In this document: positions 24,794 to 38,130 of the stretch, piece after piece | Layout of the letters: the number at the start of each line of letters is the position of its first letter | Position numbering within the stretch: position 1 is the first letter of the stretch | Origin: Tubiluchus corallicola | Lineage: Eukaryota; Animalia; Priapulida | Assembly (NCBI GenBank): GCA_030141605.1 | Contig: JAQGDQ010000424.1 | Span: 1 to 64,000 of the forward strand | Direction of reading: 5' to 3' | DNA: 64,000 bases | Made by a program: the position numbers and the translations under genes | The notes under the pieces: model-generated | The model's input: only the letters and a program-made list of their open reading frames with translations | What the model was told of the DNA's origin: nothing | The model's database searches: none

Positions 24794-26155
24794 AGTAAGT
24801 TTTCGCTTAATGACTCCCCATTTAGCGACGTTTTCATTTTAACGACTCTGGACACTTGACACCTTTTTTCACATAATGACCCACAGTTTCATTTAAACGA
24901 CGCTGGACACTTGACACCTTTCTTTCACATAATGACCCAGCATTTCATTTTAACGACGCTGGACACTTGACACCTTTTCTCACATAATGACCGACCATTT
25001 CATTTTAACGACGCTGGACACTTGACACCTTTTTTTCACATAATGACCCACCGTTTCATTTTAACGACGCTGGACACTTGAAACCTTTTTTCACATAATG
25101 ACCCACCGTTTCATTTTAACGACGCTGGACGCTTGGCACCTTTTTTCACATAATGCTCCACCGTTTCATTTTAACGACGCTGGATGCTTGGCACCTTTTT
25201 TTCACATAATGACCCACCGTTTCATTTTAACGACGCTGGACGCTTGACACCTTTTTCCACATAATGACCCACCGTTTCATTTTAACGACGCTGGACGCTT
25301 GACACCTTTTTCCACATAATGACCCACCGTTTCATTTTAACGAAGCTGGACACTTGACACCTTTTTTCACATAATGACCCACCGTTTCATTTTAATGATG
25401 CTGGACACTTGACACCTTTTTTTCACATAATGACCCACCGTTTCATTTTAACGACGCTGGACACTTGACACCTTTTTTCACATAATGACCCACCATTTCA
25501 TTTTAACGGCTATTTTTTTACTTTGCTCTAAGCCAATTTTTATTTTATGAACAACTTTTTTGCCTAATTTGAAGCATCAAAATAGTACATATTGCGTTAT
25601 TCTGTTCTAAAAACACACTATTAACATAAACAGTGAAATTATTATACAAGTATTCGTTTTTATTTCCCAACTGACCAATAAATGTAAGCCATTTGGCATT
25701 TGTATCAAGTTTGAAATCTAATAGCAAGTTTTATGCAAGGAATTTTGCCTGCAGCCTGTTGCTATAGTAACCAAACTAGATAAAATTCCCCGAGGTCGCC
25801 CAGCGCTTGGCTTTGACTCCGCTCCAGTGACAGCAGTGTTTGTTGTTTAACCGCTGCCTAGAATTAAATGTTAATGAAAGAGAAACACTGACTAGGAAAG
25901 TAAGATATATAGGTGGTTTCAAGCAAACAAAAAGAAATTAATCAGTAGAAACACATAGTAGTAAAACTCGTAAAACCTTTAATTTATATGACTTTATTGA
26001 TTAAATTGATCTAACCAACATTGATTTTTGCCTCTGGAATGTATCTCAGCTCTTTTGCATTAATTTCTATAGAAGTCTCGGCTTCGTTTAACGACGTTTC
26101 GCTTAACGTCGCATTTTGCTGGAACGCATTAGCGTCGTTAAGCGAGGACTTATGG
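24794..26155. mobile_element. Tigger-like MITE family B containing an internal ~55-bp tandem array (24833-25508, ~12 units)
   Basis: Ends cagtaagttttcgcttaa...ttaagcgaggacttatgg; homologous in inverse orientation to 37252-37977; array unit ttcattttaacgacgctggacacttgacaccttttttcacataatgacccaccgt. Confidence 0.82.
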
Positions 26156-26264
26156 TAAAGGCAAAAACTGTTGGGTGTTGGAACTAAATGCCGATAGGCT
26201 TAAGCGCGAGTATGTAGTTCTGTTACAAAATTTTAACTGTTTATAAAAACATAATAAACTCTAC

Positions 26265-26372
26265 CTGTTTCACAGTTCTGTCCAGTAAAGCCGAGTGCGC
26301 AAGTGCAAGTGTAGTTTGAGGCCGTTTCAAAGCAAACACCATTGTTCTGGCAAGGTTTTGAAATGCATATCA
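26265..26372 (-). CDS. PKD1/REJ-like gene exon 9 (EGF-like), phase 1-1
   Basis: tttcag|TG ATA TGC...GAA ACA G|gtagag; ICISKPCQNNGVCFETASNYTCTCALGFTGQNCET. Confidence 0.9.
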
Positions 26373-26567
26373 CTGAAATGAAACAATTATAGTGGTTCTG
26401 TTAAGTTGTTGAAATTTAAGCTTTTTAAACAGGATTTCTCTTCTAAAAACATTTTCCAGTTGGGCTCATCAAAACATAATTGCACTGCTATCATACCATA
26501 TTTTGTACATGAAAAGTGAATGGCAAAGTTGCCACATAAGCAGCCATGTACAACTTCTTAAATGTGT

Positions 26568-26980
26568 GCTTGCAAACCAAAACCGTCCATAAGTCAGCAC
26601 AGCTTATGATGCTTCAAAGCAAAATGCAGCAAAAATTTGGCCAACTGCCAGTTTTTTGATTTTTATAAAAACAAATGCTAAATATATTGAACTTTTATAT
26701 TCTACCATCACATTACCAAGAAAATGTTCAAAAAACACTAAAAATTTAACTTTATAACTCCTTCCTCATTTTTCTGTCTAGAAACTAGTACTGCAATTGT
26801 AAAAAAACTTCTAACTCCGATATTTTCTAACTCCGATAGCAGCTCATGGAAGCAGTCATGTTGCTTCAGGTTTCTTGCCAAGCCCAGATGTTCGTCTGGA
26901 AGAGCCATCTACTGGATTTAAACATAACTTTCGTTTTTCTCTTGCAAATTCCGTAGCAACGAACATTTGTACGGCTGCTA
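26568..26980. repeat. ~410-bp direct repeat shared with 35389-35800
   Basis: gcttg(c/t)aa.ccaaaacc.tccataagtcag...aagcccagat...ggaagagccatctactg..tttaaacataactt occurs in both introns. Confidence 0.8.
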
Positions 26981-27158
26981 AATAGAGCACAATGATGAAG
27001 ACCTAACATGTAAAGCTCTTGCAACCTTTGCAGTGCATACTTAAGCTGGCAAGTGATGACTCGTACTTCTCCTATACTACACTCATCGGCTAACAGATTC
27101 AGTCGATTAATTGGGTCATCCCAAAGTGAGTCTATTAAGCGGCTCCTACTATGTATAC

Positions 27159-27446
27159 CTTGTGCCTCATAAACGCTGTTTTTCAAATCTCCACCGCATT
27201 GATGGTTCTTGTCGGCCAAACAAACGTATTTGCAAGCTATCCACTCTGTTGCTTGACCATGGTGACCAAACGACCCGTTTCCGCACCTGCACTCGGTTAG
27301 ATACTGAAGAGCAAAGTACCTATAACCATTCGATAGACAAAACGTAGCACACAGCTTGGGAGACGTGAACTCGTGCGTCATTGGTACAGAGTCGAAATCT
27401 CTGTCGTTCACATCGTCGTGCCAGCAACCCAAATGCCTGAACGACA
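27159..27446 (-). CDS. PKD1/REJ-like gene exon 8 (WSC domain 3), phase 1-1
   Basis: tttctag|TG TCG TTC...GCA CAA G|gtatac; HLGCWHD...CATFC...YRYFALQYLTECRCGN...CGG...NSVY is a canonical WSC pattern. Confidence 0.93.
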
Positions 27447-28088
27447 CTAGAAAACAACTATAAACTATGTAGTTCAATGATATATTACTCAGAGCTACGG
27501 CAACGTTTACTACATGAGAAACTGATTGGTAGTGGGGACATCAGCGTAGAAGAAAGTTATCGAGCAAATGAAAAGTCAGAAGCACAAACTACATCACTTA
27601 CCACTACAAAGTAAGTAGAAAAGGGCACAGGAAACATGGCACAAGAAAAAAGGGCAAAATGTAAAACAAAAACCCACTCAGTGGAAAGTACACTGTTGCC
27701 AAAACTAGAACAATCCTAGACATGCCAGTCTCATTTTCTTGCTAGAAATGCAATAGAAATTATAATACATGCAAACCAACTAATCTAATTTTTGTCGTAC
27801 GGCTAGATATAAAGCAGTTTTGTACCTATGGCGTTAAGCATTACGGCATTGTATTACGTCATCCACATTGTAATTTTTTACATATTCAATCTTCGCAATT
27901 GCAAGATAAACTAAACGATAAACTACACGTCTACATTTTCTCAGCTAGTAAAAAATTAACTGTTTGAGATTTTAACACTATCACCACACAGCATTTTCTC
28001 TTGTTTAACAAGACAATAAACAGTACTCAAAACAGCTGCTGTTCTTTCATGTCAATTCCTGTGTGCAAAAACTTATAAATAAGAGATA

Positions 28089-28557
28089 CAGTGCTTCCTC
28101 GTTACTTCGCGGTTCGTTTATCACGGACTCGCTGTATCGTGGGTTTTCAAAAATACTAATGTCAAATATTTATCGCCGAATTTTCGCTGTTTTGCGGGTT
28201 TTTGCGGTACTCCGTCTAAAGTATTTTTGCACATGCATAATACCTATTGTACAGTAATGTATAGATTTGATGAATTTTGCATAAAAAATCACAAAATGTA
28301 TAAAAATATATTAAAAATATTAATTCTAACATTAAAAGAATATTATAAATCATAAAAAATGACCATTTACAGTAAATTGTGTATTTATTCGGCAGATGAA
28401 TACACACCAAAAACGAAATGTAGTACTTGTGCCCACTTGAGATGCTACTTGCCGACGTAAGATTACTAAAATAAGTATAGCGTTCCCTACTTCGTGGCAA
28501 TTCACTTATCGCGGGTGGGCCTGGAACGGAACACCCGCGTAAAGTGAGGGAACACTG
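28089..28557. mobile_element. Tigger-like MITE family A
   Basis: cagtgcttcctcgttacttcgcgg...aagtgagggaacactg. Confidence 0.85.
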
Positions 28558-29393
28558 CACTGTGTTTATTTGTCTAATAAGACAGCTGAGTATATTTTGA
28601 CGCTAAAGCAAATAATCTGTCCGAAACACTACTCTAGGCAACACAATTTTTGACAAAATGCTTTTTTAACATTAGCCCAGCTTATGGATTCCGAATTAGT
28701 ATTCTTCAAGCATCCAAACCGCATATTACTTATTGATATTAATACACATCCTTCTTTTAGCAGCTTAAATAATAATATTCACCGATATCAGAATCCCGTG
28801 ATTTCTGTGATGCATTACAAGAACACGCTATTGATAAACAAAAAATGAGACAGTCTTCATAAGATATTGTCTGGTAAAATAAATACACTCGCTAATTGTC
28901 CGAAACCAACTAGTAACACAAAAATTACAGTTACTCGTAACTTCTCAACATGCACAACATACAAAGTTCCAACTCATATACTTATACACACATATCTCGG
29001 TTAGCCAGTCCTCGCTTTTACACATATGGGAAAGTTCGAACAAAATCTGGTCCGTTGAAAAGTCCCGCATACTACAGACACAGTCCGTTTTTTCGCGAGC
29101 TGACTGCTAGTTTGCAGGCCATCACTTTGTTTACATCCAAGCACTGTGTAATGACACATGTGTAGCTTGTATGTCAGCGTGTTTGGTGGTTTAATCAGCT
29201 TGTGTAAGTGGTTTAGAGTCAGTTATGCAGAGTCATTTGAGTCAGTTGCCAACAGTTTTTACATGATTGATTCCACATTACTGTGAGTCTAAAACACGGC
29301 GCCTGCCATATTAGTTTAGTCTCCTCACTTTTGCCAGGCAAACCGAGAAATGAGCGTACAGGAGAATTCCGGAAAAAACCTATCTCTACATTA

Positions 29394-29549
<156 letters not shown>

Positions 29550-29855
29550 TCATTAACATTAGTGGAAACAGGAAGGCCAATATATAATGCTAGGGTCAGT
29601 AACAATAAGCAAACAAATTATGCAGATACTGCGTAAAAAAATTTAACAAGTACTAGTTTTGTGTTTCATAGCACTTCTGACAATCCATTTATGATAAATG
29701 TACATTTCAGTACGCATTGTGCATTGTGCTGCCATCTGGCGGCAAACAAAGAAGTGATAAAACAGAATAAAGTATCATGACTGCCTGAGTAGTACTTCTT
29801 ATGCAATGTATTAACATTTAAGACCCTATTAAAAATGAAAGAGAAGCGTAAGTAC

Positions 29856-29969
29856 CTGTTTCACAGTTCACGCCGGTAAAGCCTGGTTCACAGACGCAAA
29901 TATACCTATTAAACGGCAAATCTTCCACGCACTTTCCTTTATTTCGACAGGGCTGTGATAAACAAGATA
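29856..29969 (-). CDS. PKD1/REJ-like gene exon 6 (EGF-like), phase 1-1
   Basis: tttgcag|TA TCT TGT...GAA ACA G|gtactt; [37 protein letters not shown]. Confidence 0.9.
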
Positions 29970-30635
29970 CTGCAAATAATGAAAAACATTCACATAATTT
30001 AAAACATACTTTATATGTCGCACTATGGCATTGTTTCAACACAGTGTAAAGCGAAACAAATATGTGTAATTTTAATGTTGTAGTTTTTAATTGTAATTTT
30101 AAGCAAACAAACATGCAAAAATTTATACATAAACTTGATAAAATCCTGAACCAAAAATTTTTTTGCTTGTCAATAACCTAAATTGTTACAGTTGAAGAAT
30201 ATGCCAGAACATTATTTTTAAGCACGGGACAACTGACAACAAACTGTGTGAGCCACAGTACTTTCTCTACCTAGCAGCACACTAAACAGTGCAGCATACA
30301 GCATCTTATCTCAGACATGTGCGCATGACCGCACGCACACAACAGCCAAATACACTAGCCGATGCTTGGGCTGTGAAGTAAACAGTACTTCGCTCACATG
30401 CTCTGGCTCTACACAAGTATGAAGAAAGAATTACAGACAAAAGACTTATTATATTGGGTATTATCGAATAATACTGAATGAAAACGGGGTGTGGCAGTTC
30501 TACAGTACCTATACACAAGCTGCCACTACTACTCACACATATAACTGGTTGCTCAACTACAGCATAAAGATACATTTTCGACAATACTGTCAACAGGCAG
30601 AAAATCACCACTGTAATTTTTAACAGTGTAATGTA

Positions 30636-31232
30636 CAGTGTTCCCTCACTTATCACGGGTGTTCCGTTCCAGGCCCATCCGCGATAAGTGAATTTCCGTG
30701 AAGTGGGGACGCTATACTTATTTTAATAGTTATACATTTTTAGTCTTTACAAACCCTCCCCACACTCTTATACATAACCCTTTCCCATTCCCTTAATGAC
30801 TTTTCCCACACTGTACATGTACCTTTTAAAAAACTTTACTTCAATGTTCATAAAAATGTTTTAAGTTTTAAACCTTGTAGCATCTCAAGCATGTGCAAGT
30901 ACTACATTTTGTTTTTGGTGTGTATTCATCCGCCGAATAAATACACTATTTACTGTAAATAGTAATTTTTATGATTTATAATATCCTTTAATGTTGGAAT
31001 TAATATTGTTAATATATTTTCATACATTTTGTGATTTTTTATGCAAAATTCATCAAATCTATACATTACTGTACAACACGTATTACGCATGTGCAAATAC
31101 TTTAGACGGAGTACCGCAAAAACCGGCAAAACAGCGAAAATACCGCGATAAATATTTTACATTAATATTTTTGAAAACCCGCAAAACAGCAAGTCCGAGA
31201 TAAACGAACCACGAAGTAGCGAGGAAACACTG
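30636..31232. mobile_element. Tigger-like MITE family A (reverse orientation)
   Basis: TA-cagtgttccctcacttatcacggg...gaagtagcgaggaaacactg. Confidence 0.87.
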
Positions 31233-31519
31233 TTAATCGAAAATCGTGCACCTATAAGTAATGTAGATATATGCTAACAAGGGTTTTCTGCAACTCATTA
31301 CAACTAATAATTGTGGTGAAGTAAAACCAAAACGGTTCATGAACATTCTGCCATTCACAGTCATAACCTAATTAATGCTAATAAAGGCTTTAATAACTTT
31401 CAAGGCAGCTAAGTATTCTGTTACATATATTGTTCTAATGCCTTCAGGACCGTAAGAGTTTGCTGCATTTTGCATAGGTTCATGAAAAATGGCTCTCATT
31501 AAGTGGCTGTTACATTATA

Positions 31520-31895
31520 CAGTGTTCCCTCGCTACTTCGCGGTTCATTTGTCGTGGACTCGCTGTTTCGCTGGTTTTCAAAAATGTTGATGTAAAATAT
31601 TTATCGTGGTATTTTCGCTGTTTCACGGGTTTTTGCGATACTCCGTCAAAATTACGTATCTAGGTTTAAGAGTTTAAAACATTTTTATGAACATTTAAGT
31701 AAAGTTTTTTAAAAGGTACATGTACAGTATCGGAAAAGGGTTATGGGAAAGGGTTATGTATAAGAGTGTGAGGAGGGTTTATAAAGACTAAAAATGTATA
31801 ACTACTAAAATAAGTATAGCGTCCCCACTTCACGGAAATTCACTTATCGCGGATGGGCCTGGAACGGAACACCCGTGATAAGTGAGGAAACACTG
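31520..31895. mobile_element. Tigger-like MITE family A (internally deleted)
   Basis: TA-cagtgttccctcgctacttcgcgg...gataagtgaggaaacactg. Confidence 0.85.
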
Positions 31896-32305
31896 CATTT
31901 GTTAATTTTTGTAGATTTCTGCTCCTGACACAGTGGATTTTCGTGCAAAATTATATATGAGATGCATTTGCTCACCTTAGACAACTTAAAAATCAATTTT
32001 TGAAAATAAATTGAAAAAACTTTAGGTAACTGCAGTGTTTGCACTGTAGCAATGTACAGTATCACTTGTGTGAAACCAATTAATGCAGAAAATTTCAACT
32101 ATCCAGACACAACCTGATAGTTAGGATAGTTATAACTTTAGTTATGTCTGTGCTCATGCAGTAGCAGAAAAGTCATAGGTCTTATAAGACTTATTTTGAA
32201 TGGTGTGGTCCTGCAGGAGTTAAAATAAGTTGAAAGTAAAAATGATTTTGCTCATATAATAAAAAAGTAATAATATGTCTTTAAATGCCCTGAGGCAATA
32301 CATCC

Positions 32306-32725
32306 TTATGGGAAGCCACGACACACTTATGGGAAGCCACGACACACTTACGGGAAAGCCACGACACACTTATGGGAAGCCACGACGCGCTTACGGGAAG
32401 CCACGACGCGCTTACGGGAAGCCACCACGCGCTTACGGGAAGCCACCACGCGCTTACGGGAAGCCACGACGTGCTTACGGGAAGCCACGACACACGGGAA
32501 GCCATGACGCGCTTACGGAAAGCCACCACAAGCTTACAGGAAGCCACGACGAGCTTACGGGAAGCCACCACAAGCTTACGGGAAGCCACGACGCGCTTAC
32601 GGGAAGCCACGACACGCTTACGGGAAGCCACCACAAGCTTACGGGAAGCCACGACGCACTTACGGGAAGCCAAGACGTGCTTACGGAAGCCACGATGCGC
32701 TTACGGAAAGCCACAACGCGTTACG
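32306..32725. repeat. GC-rich 21-bp minisatellite, ~20 units
   Basis: Unit cttacgggaagccacgacgcg with variants. Confidence 0.95.
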
Positions 32726-33080
32726 GAACTACGGATCACTAGTATTCAATTTTCAAATGTATGGTGTTAACCACCATACAGGAACATTTCAATACAGCGG
32801 CAGTACAAATTAATTTTATGCTTTACAGGCAATTTTTTTGCAAATGTCTTTGTTATATTCTTCTACGTGTTTCTAAGTGATTACTTCACATTGATTATTT
32901 CTGCAACGCTTTCCGATTTCCTTGACTTTCTGCCCATTTTCATCATTTTCCCGACTTTTTACCAAAATATCTTTTTCCTTGACTTTTCCATGACTTTTCA
33001 GGATAACCTATATTTTCAAGTATTTTCCAGGATTTTCCGTCTGCGGGAATACGGCAAATATGAAAAAATACAGCACACAC

Positions 33081-33380
33081 CTGAAGCGACGTAGATACTG
33101 TTACGCAAATTTCCTCCGCACTTTTCGGCAAAATCTGGCACCACTTGACTTACTGGACAATCAGGATGGCACTCGGACAACCGTCTTTCATGGTCCACCC
33201 TGCCGAATTTAACCGCACACCTGCATTCCGTTCTGAACTGCAAGCCGTAGAACTTGTAGCCGTGCTTTAGACAGTGCGTACCGCACAGTTCAGGGGTGGC
33301 ATAGTGTTGAGTGTCGACCATAAGGTTAAAGTCTCTCTTCTCTCCGTTGTCACCATAACAGCCCAGATATCTGTACGAAA
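33081..33380 (-). CDS. PKD1/REJ-like gene exon 5 (WSC domain 2), phase 1-1
   Basis: tttttag|TT TCG TAC...GCT TCA G|gtgtgt; YLGCYGD...CGTHC...YKFYGLQFRTECRC...KCGG...NSIY. Confidence 0.93.
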
Positions 33381-33441
33381 CTAAAAAATTTTCAAAATTA
33401 TTACACATTGAAACGTGACAGTTCTCAGAAAGCAGGTTAAA

Positions 33442-33899
33442 GGAAAACCGTAGCCAATCTTAAACTATAACTCAAAACAATCTATTCTTTGAGATATTGA
33501 AAGGAAACATACTATTTTTTTCAAACATGATTTACGTGAAAGAATTACTACCATAGAAACCTAATTGCGCATTCGTGTGGCTAGTTCTTCACTGTTACAT
33601 GCGTTTTGCCATTTTCTAGTTAGATGGGCACTAGTGAGGGAATCTCAGAAACGTGTTGCACAAAAAACGTGCAGTACCTCTCTGTCCAGATGTTGTTCAG
33701 TTATAATGTAGAGCACATGAATGAGCACAGAGGTAAATTTGCGGAGTTTTTTATGTATCACACTTAATTTTGTACAGTAGCACTGTACTTCAATTTTCGC
33801 TTTCGCAAACACGTGCGACACGGAATATTTGTGCTGTTGAAAATTATGTTCAGTTGTGATGTCATGAATAGTTGGGCTCGCCCACCATTAATTAAGTCT
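33442..33899. mobile_element. Kolobok-like non-autonomous element (TTAA-AGG ends)
   Basis: ttaa-aggaaaaccg...attaagtct-ttaa; inverse homolog at ~41757-42237 and partial copy at ~51940-52330. Confidence 0.6.
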
Positions 33900-34307
33900 T
33901 TAACCCATTGTTTAAACATCAGAAATGCTTTCTGCATTATTATAGGTGTTAATACACATTTTACCAAACTTTAAAATGGGGGTAGGATATGAAAAGTCAT
34001 TCTGTTTTCCATTAAGAATAAGTTTATTGCCACAACCTCGAATAATAAAGAGAAATTAGAAACAGCCTCATTTCTGATAAATCTCTTACTCCTGCACAAA
34101 CTGACCAAACTCTGTGGTTTTAGGCATTGAATTTAGGGTCCACTCTCAGAGCTCTATTATCAAGATCTGTCCATCACCCCTGGATTCATAAATAGAAATT
34201 TTTGAAAGGTTTGTAAATTTAACAATAGCTACAGCATTTTAAACACGATGACTTAGTAACAGCTATTACCTTCTCGGAGGGGTGTGGGGTGTAGGGGTGG
34301 GAGCATC

Positions 34308-34768
34308 AGGGTTCCCACACAATTTTAAAATAAATTTTCCTGAATTTTCCATGACTTTTCCCTGACGAAATATTGATATTCCATGACCAAGATAAGCAGA
34401 AATTGCATTACCAGGATACGTATTCAAACGTTTTTGTGTATGGACATTCATACATATGCTGATATATAATGTGTCAACACAGTTGCAGTAGTGCTAACGA
34501 AATTACACTAATCACATTAAACAAACTTTCTTAATCCAATCATTATTTTTGGAACGGAAATTGAAACTGGGAACCTGCCATAGGAAAATTTTATTTGAAC
34601 ACGAATCGCTGAAAAATATGTTTGGAAAAATATCGGTTCACCGTGATTATTTTTGCAACCCTTTCCAAATTCCATGACTTTTTACCAAATTATCTTTTTC
34701 CCCGACCTTTCCATGACTTTCCAGGATAGCCTGTATTTTCAAGGATTTTCCCTGATCGTGGGAACCCC
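34308..34768. mobile_element. hAT-like MITE
   Basis: TIR cagggttcccac...gtgggaaccc with repeated ttttccatgacttt motifs; partial copy at ~32880-33050. Confidence 0.7.
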
Positions 34769-35064
34769 GACATCTAAGTCAACATTTATAAATGCTGAAA
34801 AAGCATGATGTCATCACTTGGCAAGAAGACAGTAGTATTTAAATCCACGCTGCTAGTCTTGGCTGCAGCTGCATGATTTACTTGTTCAGGTGGCAATCAA
34901 TTATGTCAGATAAACAATTCAGCAATAAATTTCCATCAATCTCTAACTTGTGTAATTTGCTTTAAACGGTGAGTTGCAATTATATCACTTCACGAACAAA
35001 ACACGCTGCAGCCTCAATTTGAAAAAATTTAGCTCTTGCTTTTTTCCAGTTTGCATATGTGCTT

Positions 35065-35300
35065 GTCTGCTTTCCGTCTGGGAAGTCGTGAGTTCGAACC
35101 AGCGGCCGGGTTCATACCAAACACTTTAAAAATGGTACCTGCTGTTGCCCTGCCTGACGCGTGGTATTTAAGGTAAAAGTGGGGTAATAACAGTCTCTGT
35201 TATGTAGTTGTAGGTTGTTATTTACAGTCGGCGATAATAGCTCTTTGAGCTAATGTTAATTGTTGACCCAAAAGCCGACTTTAAATAAAGATTATTATTA

Positions 35301-35370
<70 letters not shown>

Positions 35371-35383
35371 GTTATTATTATTA
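35065..35383 (+). mobile_element. tRNA-derived SINE with (ATT)n tail; central part resembles, from memory, the Meta-type SINE core
   Basis: B-box gagttcgaacc, then ccgggttcataccaaacactttaaaaatggtacctgctg, ending aataaa + (att)n at ~35292-35383. Confidence 0.65.
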
Positions 35384-36074
35384 TCTGCGCTTGTAAGCCA
35401 AAACCATCCATAAGTCAGAGTAGTTAAAACAATGTTATGATGCTTCAGAGTAGAATGACATCAAAATTTGCTCAAACTATAGTTTCTCCCAGTTTATAAA
35501 AACCAATGCTAAATTTATTGGACTTTTATATTTTGCATCAAATTATCAAGAAAATGTTCAAAAAACACTAAAAATCTAATTTTATAACCCCGTATCCACT
35601 TTTCAGGTGTATTTGTATTGTAATGCAAAAACTTGTGTTTTCAAAGTCCAATTGTAGCTCGTGGAGGGCAGTCATTTTGTTTCCGGTTTTTTCTGCTGCC
35701 AAGCCCAGATCTTCATCAGGAAGAGCCATCTACTGCATTTAAACATAACTTCAATTTGCTCTTGCAAAGTCCATAGCAACCAACATTTGTGCGGTTGCTA
35801 AGTGTTTGTAGAAATGTGACAAGAAAACAATGGCTGCTTTAACAGTGATTTTCTCATGATTATGTTTTTCAGTGTGCAGCCTGCACCTCAATTTCAACGT
35901 GGATTATCTCAGCTTAGAAATAACATAGAGCGATGAGCTTGGTATCAAAATGATCCTCATGAAATGAAGATTCAGGATATGTGAATAACTAGAAAAGCTT
36001 AATTACCGACTTACGGACGTTTTTGCTATGCAAGCACACATATAATTTACAACATGCATGGAAATTTGAGCTAC

Positions 36075-36197
36075 CTGTTTCACAGTTGACACCGGTAAAA
36101 CCTGGCAAACAGTTACACTGATAAGAGTTTGCAGTATTTATGCAGGTACCATTATTCTGACACGGAGCATCCGTACAGTCACCAAACAAATTCATAT
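36075..36197 (-). CDS. PKD1/REJ-like gene exon 4 (EGF-like), phase 1-1
   Basis: atttag|AT ATG AAT...GAA ACA G|gtagct; [40 protein letters not shown]. Confidence 0.92.
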
Positions 36198-36468
36198 CTA
36201 AATATAAAAAACAGAATATTACGAGTCTAGTACCAACATTTTGTTTCGCATGAAGTTATTGGAAAGTCTTCTCAAAAGAAACAACGTCCTTTGATTTCTA
36301 ACTTTCTCTTTAAATTAGACAAGTTCTTACATGAATCAAAAGAGGCCTTTGTCAACTCGTTTTATTTACTGTCTGACTGGAACACTATTGCCATGGTGAC
36401 GACAGTAATGTTAGAAATGAGGTCAGAGACGTAGTAACCAATAACTAACCTATATCCTTGGGTGCCAA

Positions 36469-37516
36469 AGTTTGAGGGTGTCACATTTTAGAAAACAATT
36501 CTTATTCTCCTTGGAAAATGTGTATATTTTGATTTTCATGTAAAGTGCACATGTTATAACACAGCACAGGCAGTTACTGAGCACAGCTTTTACATAACTG
36601 CCACGTAACGAACAGGTGCAAGGTATTACACAAGCAATTGGCCAGCCTGCTTGAATATAAGTACTATGCAAATACATGTAATTAATAATGACTACGTAGA
36701 AACTAGGTTAACAGTGTTTCTAATACACCACAAGTAATTGTTTAACCGGCTCATTACTTAAGCAACCATAAATGATTTGCGTTGTGCTTTGATTGTCCCA
36801 CAATTCTGAGTTGTAGAGAAACACAAGTTTCCACAAGTGTGGCAAAAATTCTTAGTCGTATTTCTAGACTGATCCTCTTACTTTAAAAAATGTTTGCAAA
36901 TTTGGAATATGCAGCTAGTGCTAAAATTTTTCTTCTTGAAATATTGTCGTCTGTTGATAGAAAACTATCTAAGAATTTGCATTTTCTCCACGTATCATCT
37001 CCAACATCTTGCTAAGAGACACATGTACGGAAATGGAATTGGGTTTTCGCTTTTTGCACAGCAAAGATTTCCCATATTGAAATACAAAGAAAACAGCTGT
37101 TTACGGAACAGCGGCAGAATAGCAGGTGATGCCTGTAATGGCGGATAACTAAAATAATTTATAGTGATCACATCACCAACGCTTATACTAAAATATTTTA
37201 CGTTATTATAAATTTAATATATGCCGCAGTTCAGGTGTAAACTAAAAATTACAGTAAGTCCTCGCTATACGATGCTAATGCATTCCAACAAAATGCGACG
37301 TTAAGCGAAATATCGTTAAACGAAGCCAAGACTTCCATAGAAGGTAATGTAAAAGAATTGAGATACGTTCCAGAGGCAAAAATCAATACTGCTTAAATCA
37401 TATAAGTTAAACATTCTATGAGTTTTATTCATATTTCTACTGATTAATGTCTTCCTGTTTGCCTGAAAACACTTATATATTTTACTTACCAATACCTAGC
37501 TATAGTGGTTTCTCTT
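36469..37516. repeat. ~1.05-kb composite segment, inverted copy of 21883-22931
   Basis: For example, cagaatagcaggtgatgcctgtaat at ~37115 pairs with attacaggcatcacctgctattctg at ~22260. Confidence 0.92.
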
Positions 37517-37977
37517 TCCTTAATGTTTAATCCTAGTCAGCGGTTGAACAGTAAACACTGCAGTGTCAAAGCCCCCTGGGGCGAACATGAGAATTTTACC
37601 TATTTACTTAATCTGGTTGCTACAGCAACAGGTTGCAGGGAGAATTGCTTGCATAAAGTTTGCTGGCTGGTCACTTGATACTTGATACAAACCGCCAGTA
37701 ACACATCCAGTAATGACAGTAGCAGGATCAGTAGTCAGCAAAAACATGTATAATAATTACACTGTTTACATTACTAGTGCGTTTTTAGAAGAGAATAACC
37801 CAGTATGGGCTGTTTTAATGCATCAAATTAGGTAAAAATTCTGTTAATCAAATAAAAATTTGCCTTGCGCAAAGTAGAAAAAAATCGTCGTTAAAGCGAA
37901 ATGTGCTTCGTTAAGTGAAAAAAGGCGTCAAATGATTGGCGTCGTTAAACGGAGAGTCGTCAAGCGAGGACTTAGGG
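37252..37977. mobile_element. Tigger-like MITE family B without the tandem expansion
   Basis: TA-cagtaagtcctcgct...agcgaggacttaggg-TA. Confidence 0.8.
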
Positions 37978-38130
37978 TATTTTACATACATTTTGTTTCT
38001 CGTAGAATGCTGTCAATGTAAACGATGATTAGTATCCAAAATATGTTTAATAAAGAAAGTTTCTCGGCTACCACACCAAATTTTAATAACTGACACCTAA
38101 AACTGCTACTTAGAATAGAAAAGTCTGTAC

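Noticed and set aside
24833-25508. CRISPR-like regular array (also considered for 59153-60037 and 62248-62662)
   Set aside because: Units are wholly repeated with no unique spacers, no cas genes are present, and the context is eukaryotic.
29728-29745. CTCF-like motif gccatctggcggca (similar at ~55261)
   Set aside because: Short motif match with no supporting evidence; chance hits are expected in 64 kb.
32275-32770. TGSH/YGKPRR repeat ORFs
   Set aside because: 21-bp minisatellite open in several frames on both strands; no splice or domain support.
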